Below are positions 1 through 14,439 of a DNA stretch of 64,000 nucleotides, one piece after another. Each line of letters begins with the position of its first letter. Position 1 is the stretch's first letter. Location: assembly GCA_950097015.1 (NCBI GenBank), contig CATNEN010000038.1, forward strand, positions 13,888,001 through 13,952,000. Direction: 5' to 3'. The position numbers were made by a program, and so were the translations under genes. The stretch comes from Macrostomum hystrix (taxonomy: Eukaryota; Animalia; Platyhelminthes). The notes beneath the pieces are model-generated. The model was not told the origin of the DNA. It searched no databases and saw only the letters and a program-made list of their open reading frames with translations.

Positions 1-123
1 AGATATGAGAGTTCTATGTGTGGAACAGATATCATTCGACACACTCTAAGTGCTTTAGATAATCCTGAATGCTTTACTGATTACTTTCCGTTCTTATCAT
101 CCTCCACCCTCACCGAATCGCAG

Positions 124-1826
<1,703 letters not shown>

Positions 1827-2629
1827 CTAGGGAATAAACACTGAGCAGCTCTAGCTGTATTATATCAGGTGGGGACACCATAATTAACTATTGTTTCACT
1901 AGCGACTGTCCTGTTTTAAGAGAGAAGTTTTTTATTGAAATAGTTGCTTCTATAATAATATTTTGCCATTATACTAATTGATATTAGCTTAGCATCATTA
2001 TATTTCTATATATTTTACACAATACAGTCAGCTGTGTGTTTTTTAATAATCTTTATTCGCTACTATAAGTAGCACGGTGTGAACAGTTTATAGTTTTAAA
2101 AAAGTTCAAATTTTCAATGCCCCGCATGCGCTTTTTTCATTTGAAAGGAATTTTTCAAAGTTGAATTTTGTAGACTGATTTTCTTCTTAGTGTTGAGTTT
2201 TATTGTAAAATTAACAACTTTTAACAGGTATGCCGTTATTTCACTTCTACATTTTGTATTGGCTTCAACTGGTAATACGAGATCAAAAATGTTTTACTGT
2301 TATTATCGATATTACCATTGTTTGTGGCAGTTGAAATTTAATTCCTATTTTCAGGAGAAACTTTTCAAAATAAGACACGTTTATTTACGTACTCGATTAT
2401 ATGAGATAAGTTCCATATGAGAGCCATACAATAGTTTCTAACGAAATCTGCTTGACAACTAATTCTTATTCATTGGCTTCGGGTGACACTACTCAATTAC
2501 ACAAATCATGCCATCTTTTTGTTTTTTTATAAATCTGAAATGAAATTAATGAAATCGTAATGATGCGCGACTTTTTTGACTTATTCGCTGCTTTATTATA
2601 CACGGCTACAGTTACTGACCAAATGACAC

Positions 2630-3290
2630 AAATACTTCTAGACCAGTTGATACAGGGACTTCTAGACCAGTTAGTACAGGGACTTCTAGACCAGTTAGTA
2701 CAGGGACTTCTAGACCAGTTAGTACAAGGACTTCTAGACCGGTTGATACAGGGACTTCTAGAACAGTTAATACAGGGACTTCTAGACCAGTTAGTACAGG
2801 GACTTCTAGACCAGTTAGTACAGGGACTTCTAGACCAGTTAGTACAGGGACTTCTAGACCGGTTGATACAGGGACTTCTAGAACAGTTGATACAGGGACT
2901 TCTAGACCAGTTGATACAGGGACTTCTAGAACAGTTGATACAGGGACTTCTAGACCAGTTGATACAGGGACTTCTAGACCAGTTGATACAGGGACTTCTA
3001 GAACAGTTGATACAGGGACTTCTAGACCAGTTGATACAGGGACTTCTAGACCAGTTGATACAGGGACTTCTAGAACAGTTGATACAGGGACTTCTAGAAC
3101 AGTTGATACAGGGACTTCTAGACTGGTTGATACAGGGACTTCTATACCGGTTAAAATTGGTACTCCTATACCGGTTAAAATTGGTACTCCTATACCGGTT
3201 AAAATTGGTACTCCTATACCGGTTAAAATTGGTACTCCTATACCGGTTAAAATTGGTACTCCTATACCGGTTAAAATTGGTACTCCTGTA
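2630..3290. repeat. 24-bp minisatellite with two unit types
   Basis: cagggacttctagaccagttgata, switching near 3140 to ctcctataccggttaaaattggta; source of ORFs 2560..3390 and 2612..3337. Confidence 0.95.
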
Positions 3291-3424
3291 TTATATGAGA
3301 ATAATGAGCCTTTTGCAGTACATTTCATCGTCGACAATTCGTAAGCTTGAATATCAAGACAGATTTGAGGTTTTTTACACAGATCGTTAAGCAGTTAATC
3401 TCACATTTTGATAATTGAAAGCAA

Positions 3425-6400
3425 TCATCGGTATTCATTAAAAGTGCTATTCACATAAACGCTGTCATATCTGGCTGCGTTCTGCGTACTCTGCAGCTGC
3501 TCAGTTGAGTTTCGCATTACTGCGTAACTCACTGTGCTCAGCCTGACCACTGCCTCTGCCGGCGTCGCCGACAGCGCTGTCGCGGCGTTCAGTTGTATCG
3601 GTCGGCGAGGCGCGGGTGCGGGCACTTCTGCTAGAGGCCTCGGCGGCTCTGGCAGGGCTCTCTGCGGCTGAAGGACGCCCAGCTCAATGGGCTGCAGCTG
3701 CTCAAACTGAGCTGGCGGTGGGTCATTGTGGCCGCTACGCTTCCTGCGATGGGCAGATGCAGGGAGGAGACTGTGAGGAGAAGCAGGGAGCAATGAGGAG
3801 TTGTGGGGATTAAAAAGAGTCAAATGTCATTTTCGTCAACAAAATCACTGCTCACCTGAGGTTGTGAAATCGAGATTTCATGCAAGTCCAGATGTCGGTA
3901 GAAAAATACCCCACATATCCGCCAGCTGGCAGCAGCAGCAGCAGCAGCGGCAGCATGGATTGCGAGTCTGGCTTGGAATTAGACTGAGCAGCGTTGATGC
4001 AGACAGCCGGAGAGGCTTCAGTGCCGGCACAGCTGCGTTGAGCGCAAGCGGTGCGCGCAGAGGACTTCTCGCTGGACTGGATCGACTCGCGAGTTCTGAG
4101 CATCCGCAGGCCGGCGGCGATGGAGAATGAGCCGATCTGCAGGTTTCAATGAGTTCTGTGCGATATATTTCTGGGCGTGTTTTATTCTTGGATTCGTGTG
4201 GTCGATGGTTGCGCGATGGGGTATGTAGAATTAGAGAATTTGGGATTAGAAAATGTGGGATTAGGGAACGTATGATTGGGGAATATGGGATTAGTGAATG
4301 AAGGATTAGAGAATGTGGGATAAGGGAATATAGGATTAGGGAATGCAGGACTATGGAATTTGGGATTAGAGAATGTGGGATTAGGGAATTTGGGATTAGG
4401 AAATTTGGGATTAGGAAATTTGGGATTAGGGAATGTGGGGGGATTAGGGAATGTGGGGGGATTAGGGAATGTGGGGGATTAGGGAATTTGGGTTTAGGGA
4501 ATGTAAGATTAGGGAATGAGGGATCAGCTAATGTGGGATTAGGGAATGTGGGAAAAGGGAATGTGAAATTATGTAATATTGGATTAAGGAATGTGGGATT
4601 AGGAAGTGTGGGATTAAAGAATGTAGGATAGTAGGATTAAGATAGGGACGATATTGAATTGCGGTTTATTAGATTAGGGGATTCAAGATATAAAGATGTC
4701 ATATTTGGGATATTAGATCTTGGGAAGTCAAATTAGTGGATGTCAGAATAGGAGATATCTGAGTATGAGACTTGCTGCTCACCCGCTCATATTTCCACTC
4801 CCCGCCGCTGTTCCTCAGCTGCCACAGGCTGAGCAAGTTCGCTCCCGTCCTGTCGTCGCCGATTCGCCCATAGTCGCCGAATCGCCTTGGCTTCGCCGTA
4901 GATCCGCCAGTCGGATTGTCGAAAAGCAGCCGATTGCCTCTGGCCAGGACGGCCTGCCGGCTGGAGTTCTGCAGCCTGGCATCGCAGGTTGCTATGCCTG
5001 TTAGACATGGTTGCTATACCTGTTAGACATGGTTGCTATACCTGTTAGACATGGTTGCTATACCTGTTAGACATGGTTGCTATACCTGTTAGACATGGAT
5101 GGTACCTGTTAGACATGGATGGTGCCTGTTAGACATTGTTGCTATACCAGTTAGACATGGTTGCTAGCTGTTAGACATGGTTGCTAGGCTTAGTTTTTTA
5201 TATTGTTAGACATTTCGGTCACTAAACCACTGAGTGGGGTTGAAGCTGCAAAATGAAAGTCACCTCAGCCAGATCATGAACGGAGGCAGTCGCAGTAAAC
5301 ACTGCATTTTTCAGATCATCTCGATAGACAGTTGACGTGAACAATACAATACAATACAATAAGTACAATGTCCACCGACCACAAGTGGCCTGAAAAGGGG
5401 GGCATTGTCAAAAAACACGTCTGTGTTCTGTGCGTCTGACGCACGTCTGACGTGAACGTAGTGGCCTCTTCAACCAGTGATGGCACGGTGGAAAACACGG
5501 GCTGGTTTACGCTGCCGAGGCTGCTCCCAAATGCACCGTTTGTGTCTCGGTACTGCAGCAGAAACTCCAGCTGACTCTCTCGGTCGATGTTGGTGTACAC
5601 AGGCAGTAAGCGGAGTTGACGGGTTCGCTATATACAATTACCAACTCCAGGTGTGGATCACTACGGTGTAGCAAGCTCACAGCTTGGTGGTTGAAGCTTC
5701 GAGTGAAAGATTCAAGTGAGTTCTAACCATCGCTGACTACACCGTCGATGACTTCACCATGATAAACCTACCGTCGATGACTACCGTCGATGACTACACC
5801 GTCGATGACTACACCGTCGATGATCACACCGTCGATGACTACACCGTCGATGACTACACCGTCTATGACTACGACCGTCTATGACTACACCGTCTATGAC
5901 TACACCGTCTATGACTACACCGTCTATGACTACACCGTCTATGACTACGACCGTCTATGACTACACCGTCTATGACTACCGTCGATGACTATACCGTCGA
6001 TGACTACACCGTCGATGATCACACCGTCGATGACTACACCGTCGATGACTACACCGTCTATGACTACGACCGTCTATGACTACACCGTCTATGACTACAC
6101 CGTCTATGACTACACCGTCTATGACTACACCGTCTATGACTACGACCGTCTATGACTACACCGTCTATGACTACACCGTCTACGATTACACCGTCTGTGA
6201 CTACACCGTCTGTGACTACACCGTCTACGATTACACCGTCTATGACTACACCGTCTGTGACTACACTGACGATGAATACACCGTCTATGACTACACCGTC
6301 TATGACTATACGATTACACCGTCTGTGACTACACCGTCTATGATCAAACCGTCGATGACTACACCGTCTATGACTACACTGACGATGAATACACCTTTGA

Positions 6401-6977
6401 TGACTACACAGTGAAAACCCTTCTATTGATAAAAATACTGTCGAGAACTGTGTTCGGTCGACATCTACTTGCACAGTATAAGTACACTTGATAAGTAAAG
6501 TTAATTAGATGTTAAGCCAACACTATTTTACTCTCATTACGCGCATGCGTCGATATAAAGCATTAGTTCTTACCTGAATTTTCAGACCACCTCTGACGAA
6601 TGATAGCAGCAATTTGATAATTTGATTGGCAGACTTCCAGCTGACAGGTAGCTGGACCGAAAATATGTTTTAGTACTGTATTGCTGAGAGCTGCATTAAC
6701 ACGACTTGATGCATCCCAGCTTCTGATGCTGCTGCATTTCCCTTCCGTTCATGTCGGAAGCTGTTTTGAGTTTAATATTATCACCGCGTGCCCTCCACAG
6801 CTCGCAGCTAGCAATGATCGAATGAATTAGTTTTCAGTTGAGACTTTCTTAACAAAATATGTATGTACAGCTAGCTGCCTGTATGACCGTATCAAGAGAA
6901 TACTTACCGGGCAGAACTTGTCCCGATACACAATTAAGAATTGCAAATGCGGTTGCTATCAAAATTGGAAGCCTCAT
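3425..6977 (-). CDS. Putative single-pass receptor (~435 aa) with partial Venus-flytrap/ANF-receptor-like ectodomain. Exons 6977-6908, 6807-6785, 6651-6574, 5722-5681, 5627-5445, 5389-5264, 4968-4783, 4136-3856, 3743-3425
   Basis: All joins are GT-AG and phase compatible (1308 nt, open). Signal peptide MRLPILIATAFAILNCVSG; flytrap-like motifs LKNAVFTATASVHDL and RFGDYGRIGD...LSLWQLRNSGGEWKYERIGSF; hydrophobic SMLPLLLLLLPAGGYVGYF followed by basic MKSRFHNLRKR; Pro/Tyr-rich tail. The three 5' exons are least certain. Confidence 0.55.
4225..4645. repeat. Degenerate G-rich ~20-bp minisatellite (intronic)
   Basis: gggattagggaatgtg-type units. Confidence 0.85.
4988..5186. repeat. 23-bp minisatellite (intronic)
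   Basis: ggttgctatacctgttagacat-type units. Confidence 0.9.
5343..5447 (-). mobile_element. 105-bp retroposon-like insertion with 10-bp target-site duplication
   Basis: Direct repeat TGACGTGAAC at 5333-5342 and 5448-5457; (ATTGT)n tail at the minus-strand 3' end; GTGCGTC-A-GACGCAC hairpin at the 5' end. Confidence 0.75.
5735..6412. repeat. 15-bp minisatellite (intronic)
   Basis: atgactacaccgtct / atgactacaccgtcg units. Confidence 0.95.
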
Positions 6978-9739
6978 AGTGTATAAAACTGTCGATTTGG
7001 CCTTTGATAAGTCAGCGCATAATGATCCAGCTGCACTGGTTAATATTTACTTAATAACTTGAAATTTGCGATTAATTTGTTGTCAGATTTTTTCAGGATG
7101 CTGTACGAGCTCGTAATAATTGTCTCAAAAATATTTTCTTAGCTATAGCTACAGCTTGTTTGTTTCGAGAATAAAATATATTAACTGCTTATAATTGGGC
7201 TTTCGTGAAGTCCAGTTCAGCCACTACACACTTATCATTCTTTGCTTTCTATCTATACTTTTCTCTCTTTTATGAGTTTATTGTTTTTATACATTACGTG
7301 CAAAAAATAGAGAATCTTTACGAGTATAAGGCGTTCATGAATTATGAATTAGCACAACATTAGTAACTATAGTAACCTTTTGTATGGCTGTTGCTAGAAA
7401 TCGCTTAAGAACTTTTGCACAAAAATTTAATAGTACTTAAAGTGATCGTGCTAACAACAATGGGATGTGATGTAAGCTGTTGTAGTCTATATACATGTAC
7501 AGTTACAGACACAGGTAACTTCCCTATAATCCTTGGCCTCACTCGTATATGGACAAGAAAGTAGTTAATTGCCTAAATGTGCTTTTAAGTTCCTTCAAAT
7601 CTTTAATTCTCTACGGATTAATTGCCATACGGATTTCTACGTCTTCGAGTCGCTGTCAGTAAGTGACATTTGCGCGCATGCAATCACACGGGACATTTTG
7701 AACACTCGTTCAACACTGCCATCAAACCAGGCAAAAATACACTATTGTTACATTTTTATAACCATTTAGTTATTTGACAAATGAATTAAATGTACACCAA
7801 AAGCTAGTGATTCCATAGCAGCTTAAACGAGCATTAAGGCCTCGACAAGGTGCCAAAAAGCGAAAATACCTTGTCCAGCAGTAGCCTACATGCAACTTCC
7901 AGTGCCTGCAAGCCGCCTTCCTATGCTGCAGATCCCTGCGCTAGCTATGCCTCGAACCAGACGCGCATGTAGTCACTAACCATCTGCATCAAAGGAGCCT
8001 AGCGGGCCTCGAAGTCAATTGTGGGAAAGCGTCGTGCTAAACCTCAACCAAGCTGATTATTCCCAGCATTGCAGCTTGTAGCATATGGCGTATTTTAGAT
8101 CAGCTCATGTCGGTATTTACCACAGGAAATCGATTAAGCTAAAGACGCATCTGTTTCTCGCTGCAATGTTTAAATAAATTTGATATGGATCTAATTTCGA
8201 TAATTAGCCATTAATCCGCGAGCAGACCTGCTCGAAGAAAGTGCACTAATACCTGGCCCAAAAAGCAAAACAGCAAAATATGTTTACAGCAAAACTGCTT
8301 TACAACTATTATGAAACACATTTGGGTGGCTATATAACTCTTAATTACTTAGTAGGGGCCTATTGTAATAAGTTTTGTTAAATTTTATAAAAAGTGACGC
8401 GTCATTTTAATTTATTTTTTCTAACCGGTAATTATGTCAAGGTAAAATTAAGAACACAAACTTGACTTGTAGCTAGGACAGGTCATACGAGATTGAATTA
8501 GTTGAAATAGCCTTTTTAAAGCTAGTCTAATCGTCACTTTCGCTTCTTAAACAACTATTACCAGCGTTCGATAAATTTCGATCTGTATGAATGTAACGCA
8601 GTTCTCTACTTTATTTGTATTTCTATTGAAGGAAGTGGCTTCGGTTCTGCGACGGCCAGTACCTCTGGCAGTAGGCTTATGCTTATCTATAACGTCTATA
8701 GTTCAAAAATAATAAAGTGGGGTTTTAGTAGCTCATATAAAGTTAGTTGTGAACATTTTACTCTTTAGAATGGAACCTGAAAGTACTTCCTGTGGTCCTA
8801 GTGATGGTAAGCTTTACCTTTAGCCTACTTTTTGCTCTTATAGTTTTTTTATAGCTATGTGAATTTTTATATTTTTTTATTTTATTTTTTTATTTTTATA
8901 TTTTGAATTTTTATATTAAATATTTGTATACATTGAAAAAATATAAGTCGAAAACTAGGCCCATAAGTTCTATTACACGAGATTATTGTGGCATTTTGCC
9001 AGTTTTGACATAACATGATTTTTTATAGTTTTGGCCACAGATACTAGGGGCCTATATTTACTAGATAGGCCATTAAGACAAATTTTCGAATCAAATTTGC
9101 TATTCTACTTTGTGTTTTAGTAGCCATGAGTGAAAAATTTAATTATACTTGCTAAAAAAGTTAATCCAAGATGTAACAAATGCAACCATGGGCTGTACAA
9201 AATTGAGTAAAGGTAAGTTATTCAGACAGCCATTAAAAAGGCCAAAAAATGCACAATTGTAAATTCTTTTTAAAACTAGGCCTATTCATGCGGAACATCA
9301 CACAGGTGACAGTTCATTACACCAAAACAGGTCTGTTATTTGATGGCATTGTGAAGAAGCCTTAAGAGAGTCTAATCAGTAGGCCATAAATTGATGAGCA
9401 AAACAATACCAAATAGTGACTTGTAAATTTCAAATTGACTAGCCATGTTTTTTTATTCAAAGCACTATTGTGTTGCCACTTGCACAAGCTCTGTGCTGTT
9501 GCCACCCAAACCTGCATATATACAGGTTTCCTAGAGACAACACTGTGGCAAAGCACTGTCAGGAGGTACATGAGCTTGACACAGTCCTGCTAACATTCTG
9601 ATCACAATGCCTGTATGTGTGTAGCCTACACTTCAGGGAAAAGGCCTACAACTGCCGTTGAAAACAGATTAAGCTTATTGATAGGCTAATTGTATAGTTC
9701 TTACACTACCAAAGCCTAGGCCTACAGCAGATTACATAT

Positions 9740-10391
9740 AGGGTAATGTATCATCAACCAAACAAGAATTTGGTTGATGTATTTTTTTAACTTCAAACCT
9801 TCAAACTACAAATTTTCTATTTTAGTTATGATGATAAATCAAAAGCCAAGTTATCGAAAACAGTTACATCTTTCTAAAGAGTATCTGCTTTTGCTATTTT
9901 GTCAAATAGAAAAAAAGTTATTTTTTTATCTAAAACCAAACAATGATTTTCATGTATCTTCAAACCAAACAGAGAATTTGATGTTTGGTTTTACTATTTG
10001 AGTGAGTGGTTTAATCTTATTTTAAGGAGTGAACTATCATGAATTATGTCATTTGAAAGCATTTTGAAATCATGCTCTATAAATAACTACATTTATGGTC
10101 ATTAAATTGGCAAGCAACCACATACAATATTCGTCTAAAGTACATACTGAAAAATGTTGTTAAAAAGTATGCTTTTGCAATAAAAATTTCTACTGAGACA
10201 TCAATATCTTTCTTTCTTCTTAATGCTTCATTGCATATCATGCCTCCGCTTATCGATAATTTCTTCAACTTTCAAGTTAGTTGTTCTGTAAAACACAATA
10301 ACTTGTTTCTGTCTTGCACAAAACCAAGGAAGAAGTCAAAATTATTGTTCAGTTTTGAAGATACACTGTTTGGTTGATGATACATTACCCT
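9740..10391. mobile_element. Non-autonomous DNA transposon (MITE) with 25-bp TIRs
   Basis: AGGGTAATGTATCATCAACCAAACA at 9740-9764 and its exact reverse complement at 10367-10391; internal aaccaaaca sub-repeats; no clear TSD. Confidence 0.8.
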
Positions 10392-10590
10392 CAAGCAAAA
10401 AATCTTTTTATTGCTTTAAGCACTCATCTGAGTTAGAAATTTCCATGAAGAAATTTAAGGCAGTTCTTTTGTTTCACAAGTTTAATTATTTCATTAAAGA
10501 TAATGCATTTCTTAGCTACTAGGGGTAATTACTTGAACTTATATTAGTTTCTTATGTTGTGGCTGTGTGGCTATGTCTAGGCCCAATGGT

Positions 10591-10862
10591 CATACATGCG
10601 CAACCTCCCAAATCTTAGCCGGCCTTGCGACTTAGTTTTTGCTCTCATTTGCGACTTAGTTCGTTTCATTGCTCTATTTACGACTTAGTTTGCTCTCATT
10701 TGCTCTCTTTTTCTCTCCCCTTTTTCCTTTTCTTCACGCCTTCCTTTTTTGTCCCTTGGTCCCCCCTATGATTTTTTTGCGCTTGGTCGATTGGTTTTTG
10801 CGAATTACCTTGCTTGGCCCTTGTTTCACCAGGCTGGGTCGGCTGGGTGTTGCGCATGTATG
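10591..10862. mobile_element. 272-bp MITE with 14-bp TIRs and 8-bp TSD (hAT- or P-type)
   Basis: CATACATGCGCAAC (10591-10604) / GTTGCGCATGTATG (10849-10862); CCAATGGT duplicated at 10583-10590 and 10863-10870. Confidence 0.9.
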
Positions 10863-13800
10863 CCAATGGTTATAGCCAAAACCAGAGAGAGAAAAAAGAG
10901 TATAAGGGACTGGTAAGTAAATATGATGTTTTTTAAACTAGAGGGATATTAAACTTTATCCAATATAAAATGTGTGATGATGTTTATTTTTTTTCATTTT
11001 TTTTGAAGTATACATATGCTTTTTCCATCAAAATGCCCACAACCAAAATGGCCAGACAACATAATTGTCACCCACTAGATTAAATTATAATTAATATAAA
11101 TTATAAACATTGTTCCAAATTTTCATTATAATAACTCAGAGCTACCATTTTTTCTAACATTCAATATTCAATTGTTTGAAATTAGTATGCCCCACTAAGC
11201 TTTATCACTTTAAAATATGTTAGAACATTTTTATAGTACTATAATAATTGCTATATATCTATAAGAATAAAATTAGTAGTTCTCAATGTGGGGCAAGTGC
11301 ACACTAGCCATGTATGCCAAATGGGGCAGGTAGCACCAATGTACACCCAAATCTAATTTTTGGTATATATATTTTATGATCCTGACTATATTAAAAAGTT
11401 CCATACATTCAACTTAGCAAAATTACTTAAATAGCTTGGTTGCAAATATGAGGTTTAAAAGGGGTGAATATGGGCTTAGGGGCCTAAACATGACTACATT
11501 TAGGACATGTCTAAGAATTTCTAGAATCTAGAAATTTCTAGAATCCTTAATGTAAGATTAGCAGAGTTAGCTTTTCATGGTTTATCTTTCTATTGTTAGC
11601 AATTTTGTGTCCTCTATAGCCATTAAAGATTAGTATTTGGGACTCAGTAACCACTTAATAATTCAGAAATGTCCTAATAACTGATATTTAGAGCCAAGTT
11701 TTTTGTGCCCATTATTAATATATTGGCAGTCTAATTGACCACAAATTAGTGCCAGTCAATTGTTTTGCATCCTATTCTTGTATTTTCTTATATCTGTGCT
11801 TATACTGCAGCAACATTTTATTGATTGTCAATCTTTGGAGTTTTCCATATTGAGCCTTATTTCTAAGTGACATTTGACCCTTTCGAAATTCAGTAAACCA
11901 ATAAAGAATGGTTGCTTTCTGACTGTTTCTGAGCACTTTTGTAGTTAAATAAAATCATTGCTCATCACTTAATACATTCTGACATAGTTATTTAGATTTG
12001 ATAATGGAAATATGCATTGTGACAAATAAAATTGTGAGAGGCAGGTCTCACCCAAAAATATAGTTAGATATTGATGGTAGTATAATACATAATAGCTCAA
12101 GCAATGTGTTACACTATGGACAAAACTCAAGAAATGAAGTAAAAAAAAATTATTTCTTCAATGTAACCTTTTTAGTTTCAATTGTTGCTTTTTTTCTTCA
12201 CATAGAGCAGAAGCAGGTAGCAGAAAGCAAAATTGGTTTGGTTTTGAGTTTAGGCCATTACTTTTCTTAAAAAAATATGAATAGTAGCTAGAAACAGTAT
12301 TTGAATTATATAAGTTTGTGATAAATACATTTTTAGAGCATGACTCATAAAAGTCTATGCTTTAAAATGTATTCATCAGAAATAAGTATGATCTGTAACA
12401 AAATATACACTTTTAGATAACCCAAGCTAATATTGGCACCCATCTTATTGCTTTGTCAACTAAAGAAAAGCAATAAAAAAATTAGTTTTTCACTTCAAAG
12501 TTAGCTACAGCTAGCTATTGAGCTACAAGCAAGATTGATAAGGATTTAACTCACAATCCTAATGTCAGGTAATTCATAATTTACTGACGATATATATTCA
12601 CCCTGAATTTTGCTTCCCAGACTAAAAATACAGGAGGACTTAAAAAAGCAAGCAATCATAATCACATAAGAATAAAATATTAGCATGTGTCTTAAAACAA
12701 AGAAACTTTGCCAATTAGTCAGGCATTAATAAATTGTTAAATAAAAAATAAATATAAATTAATATGTATGAGTTAACTAAAAAAGTTTGTTTAAAACCCA
12801 GCATTTATGCTTTCATGTGGTGAAGTCAGTAGTATATCGAGGATTTAGTGTCAAGTTCTATCCTATCGCACATCTAGATGGAACTGGTGGGGCTACAATC
12901 CTATTGGCTGACTGAGTTGACATGCATCTGTTTAATAAGGGGCATGAGCACCTCAGTGCTGTGTCACTGTATATTAAGTTATAACTTGGCAGATCTTTAG
13001 CTTCACTTCTGCAGCATCTCTAGTGGTTTGTTTCAACAAAATAAAGTATTAGTATCTATTTCAATGCCCCTACCTTACCTATCGTGCCACTTGCTTATGA
13101 CTCAATCAAACAGTGATTCAATAGATTGCACTCTTGTTTGCAATGGTTGTATTAGTAATAAAGAAACCATTGACGACTACATCGAGTCCAGCTTGCTGAT
13201 GATGCCAGTTTCCGTGAGTCTACCAGGTAGGATGCAACCCGACATTTTCTATAATTCTAATAAAACAAGATCAAGCACAAAACTTAACAGGACACATTGG
13301 ATAAAGCTACTGTGTACTTTAATAGCAAAATACTCGAGAAACATGTTCTAAATAATAGGCTATTGGATTTACTCGATTCAAGCATGGAGCCATATTAAAA
13401 TATTTCTCTAGAATGTTTATGCTTCGTACAATACAGAATAAAATAAAAAAACTGGTTTCTCAGAAAAAATGCTACTGAAAAAACAGTCCAAATCCGCAGC
13501 AATTTCGGTTCAGACTTGTCTTGTTGGCTGTCTGTCCTTCACTTCCTTGGAAAATGCAATTAATTATAATCACTGCAGTCTGTAAGCACTGACAAGGCTT
13601 AAATTATAATTTTTAATTAGGCAACACAACCTGATATTGCGCATTTAATTAGCTTTGAATTAAGAAAAATAAAGTCTTGCAGGCTTGAACAGCGGTTGAG
13701 TAGTTAGGGTTCTTTTTGTTTATATATTGCTTACGGACTTTTAGTACTTTTTTAAACACATGTTTTTTAGTCATTCTTTTAAAGTTTCAAATTAGTTTAT

Positions 13801-14439
13801 ATCCGAGGTAGTTGATTGTCGACAAGTTTTGCTCAGTTTCTAGCCTGTCAGATTTCAATTTCCTTTCCCAAGCCTGGTCGTCGGGTGCAAGGGCGTGTGC
13901 AAAATTACAAAGCGGAGTGGGGAGGATTAGGAAGGGAAAAAGCTATGGGGGAGATGTGTGAAGCACTGTTGACAGTGGCGATAGTGTACCGACTGTAGCT
14001 AGTCTGCTGAGTCACATCACACTCATACTGTGTATATATGTGGCCTGCTAAATATAGCTAAGGATTGGCTTTGAAGCTTCACTTTTTTCCACCTATTGAT
14101 TGGTTGGTACTCGGGAAATTTGGGAGCTGGGGTAGGCTATTTGGGATTTGGGAGCTATAGTTGGTGGATTAAGGCATTGTTGTATGGCATTTTTTCTCCC
14201 ATCGTCATTCTCTCGCCCTCTCTTCCCAATCCACATGTCTATCATAGGCGTACGCGTTTTCTACCTGCTTTCCTGCGGTTTGCACTAGTTCAAACAGAAG
14301 GTATAGATTTTCAAGTTGCAAACATGCCTCATTGAACTGAATTAACCCGGAATCATTATTCTTCACATTTAATCATATTGGGCCAAACGAGTAAAAAAAT
14401 ACTCATTCTTTCTGCTTTCTCTGACCTGCCCTTCTAGCT

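Noticed and set aside
2560-3390. Leu-rich 276-aa ORF and antisense 241-aa ORF
   Set aside because: The 24-bp unit is a multiple of 3, so open frames are expected by chance; no unique coding flanks.
4225-4645. TTAGGG-containing repeat as an interstitial telomere
   Set aside because: TTAGGG is embedded in a ~20-bp degenerate unit, not in tandem hexamers.
3801-5004. Plus-strand ORFs 3801..4130 and 4720..5004 as upstream MAP7 exons
   Set aside because: Splice phases do not join on the plus strand, whereas minus-strand exons join cleanly over the same DNA.
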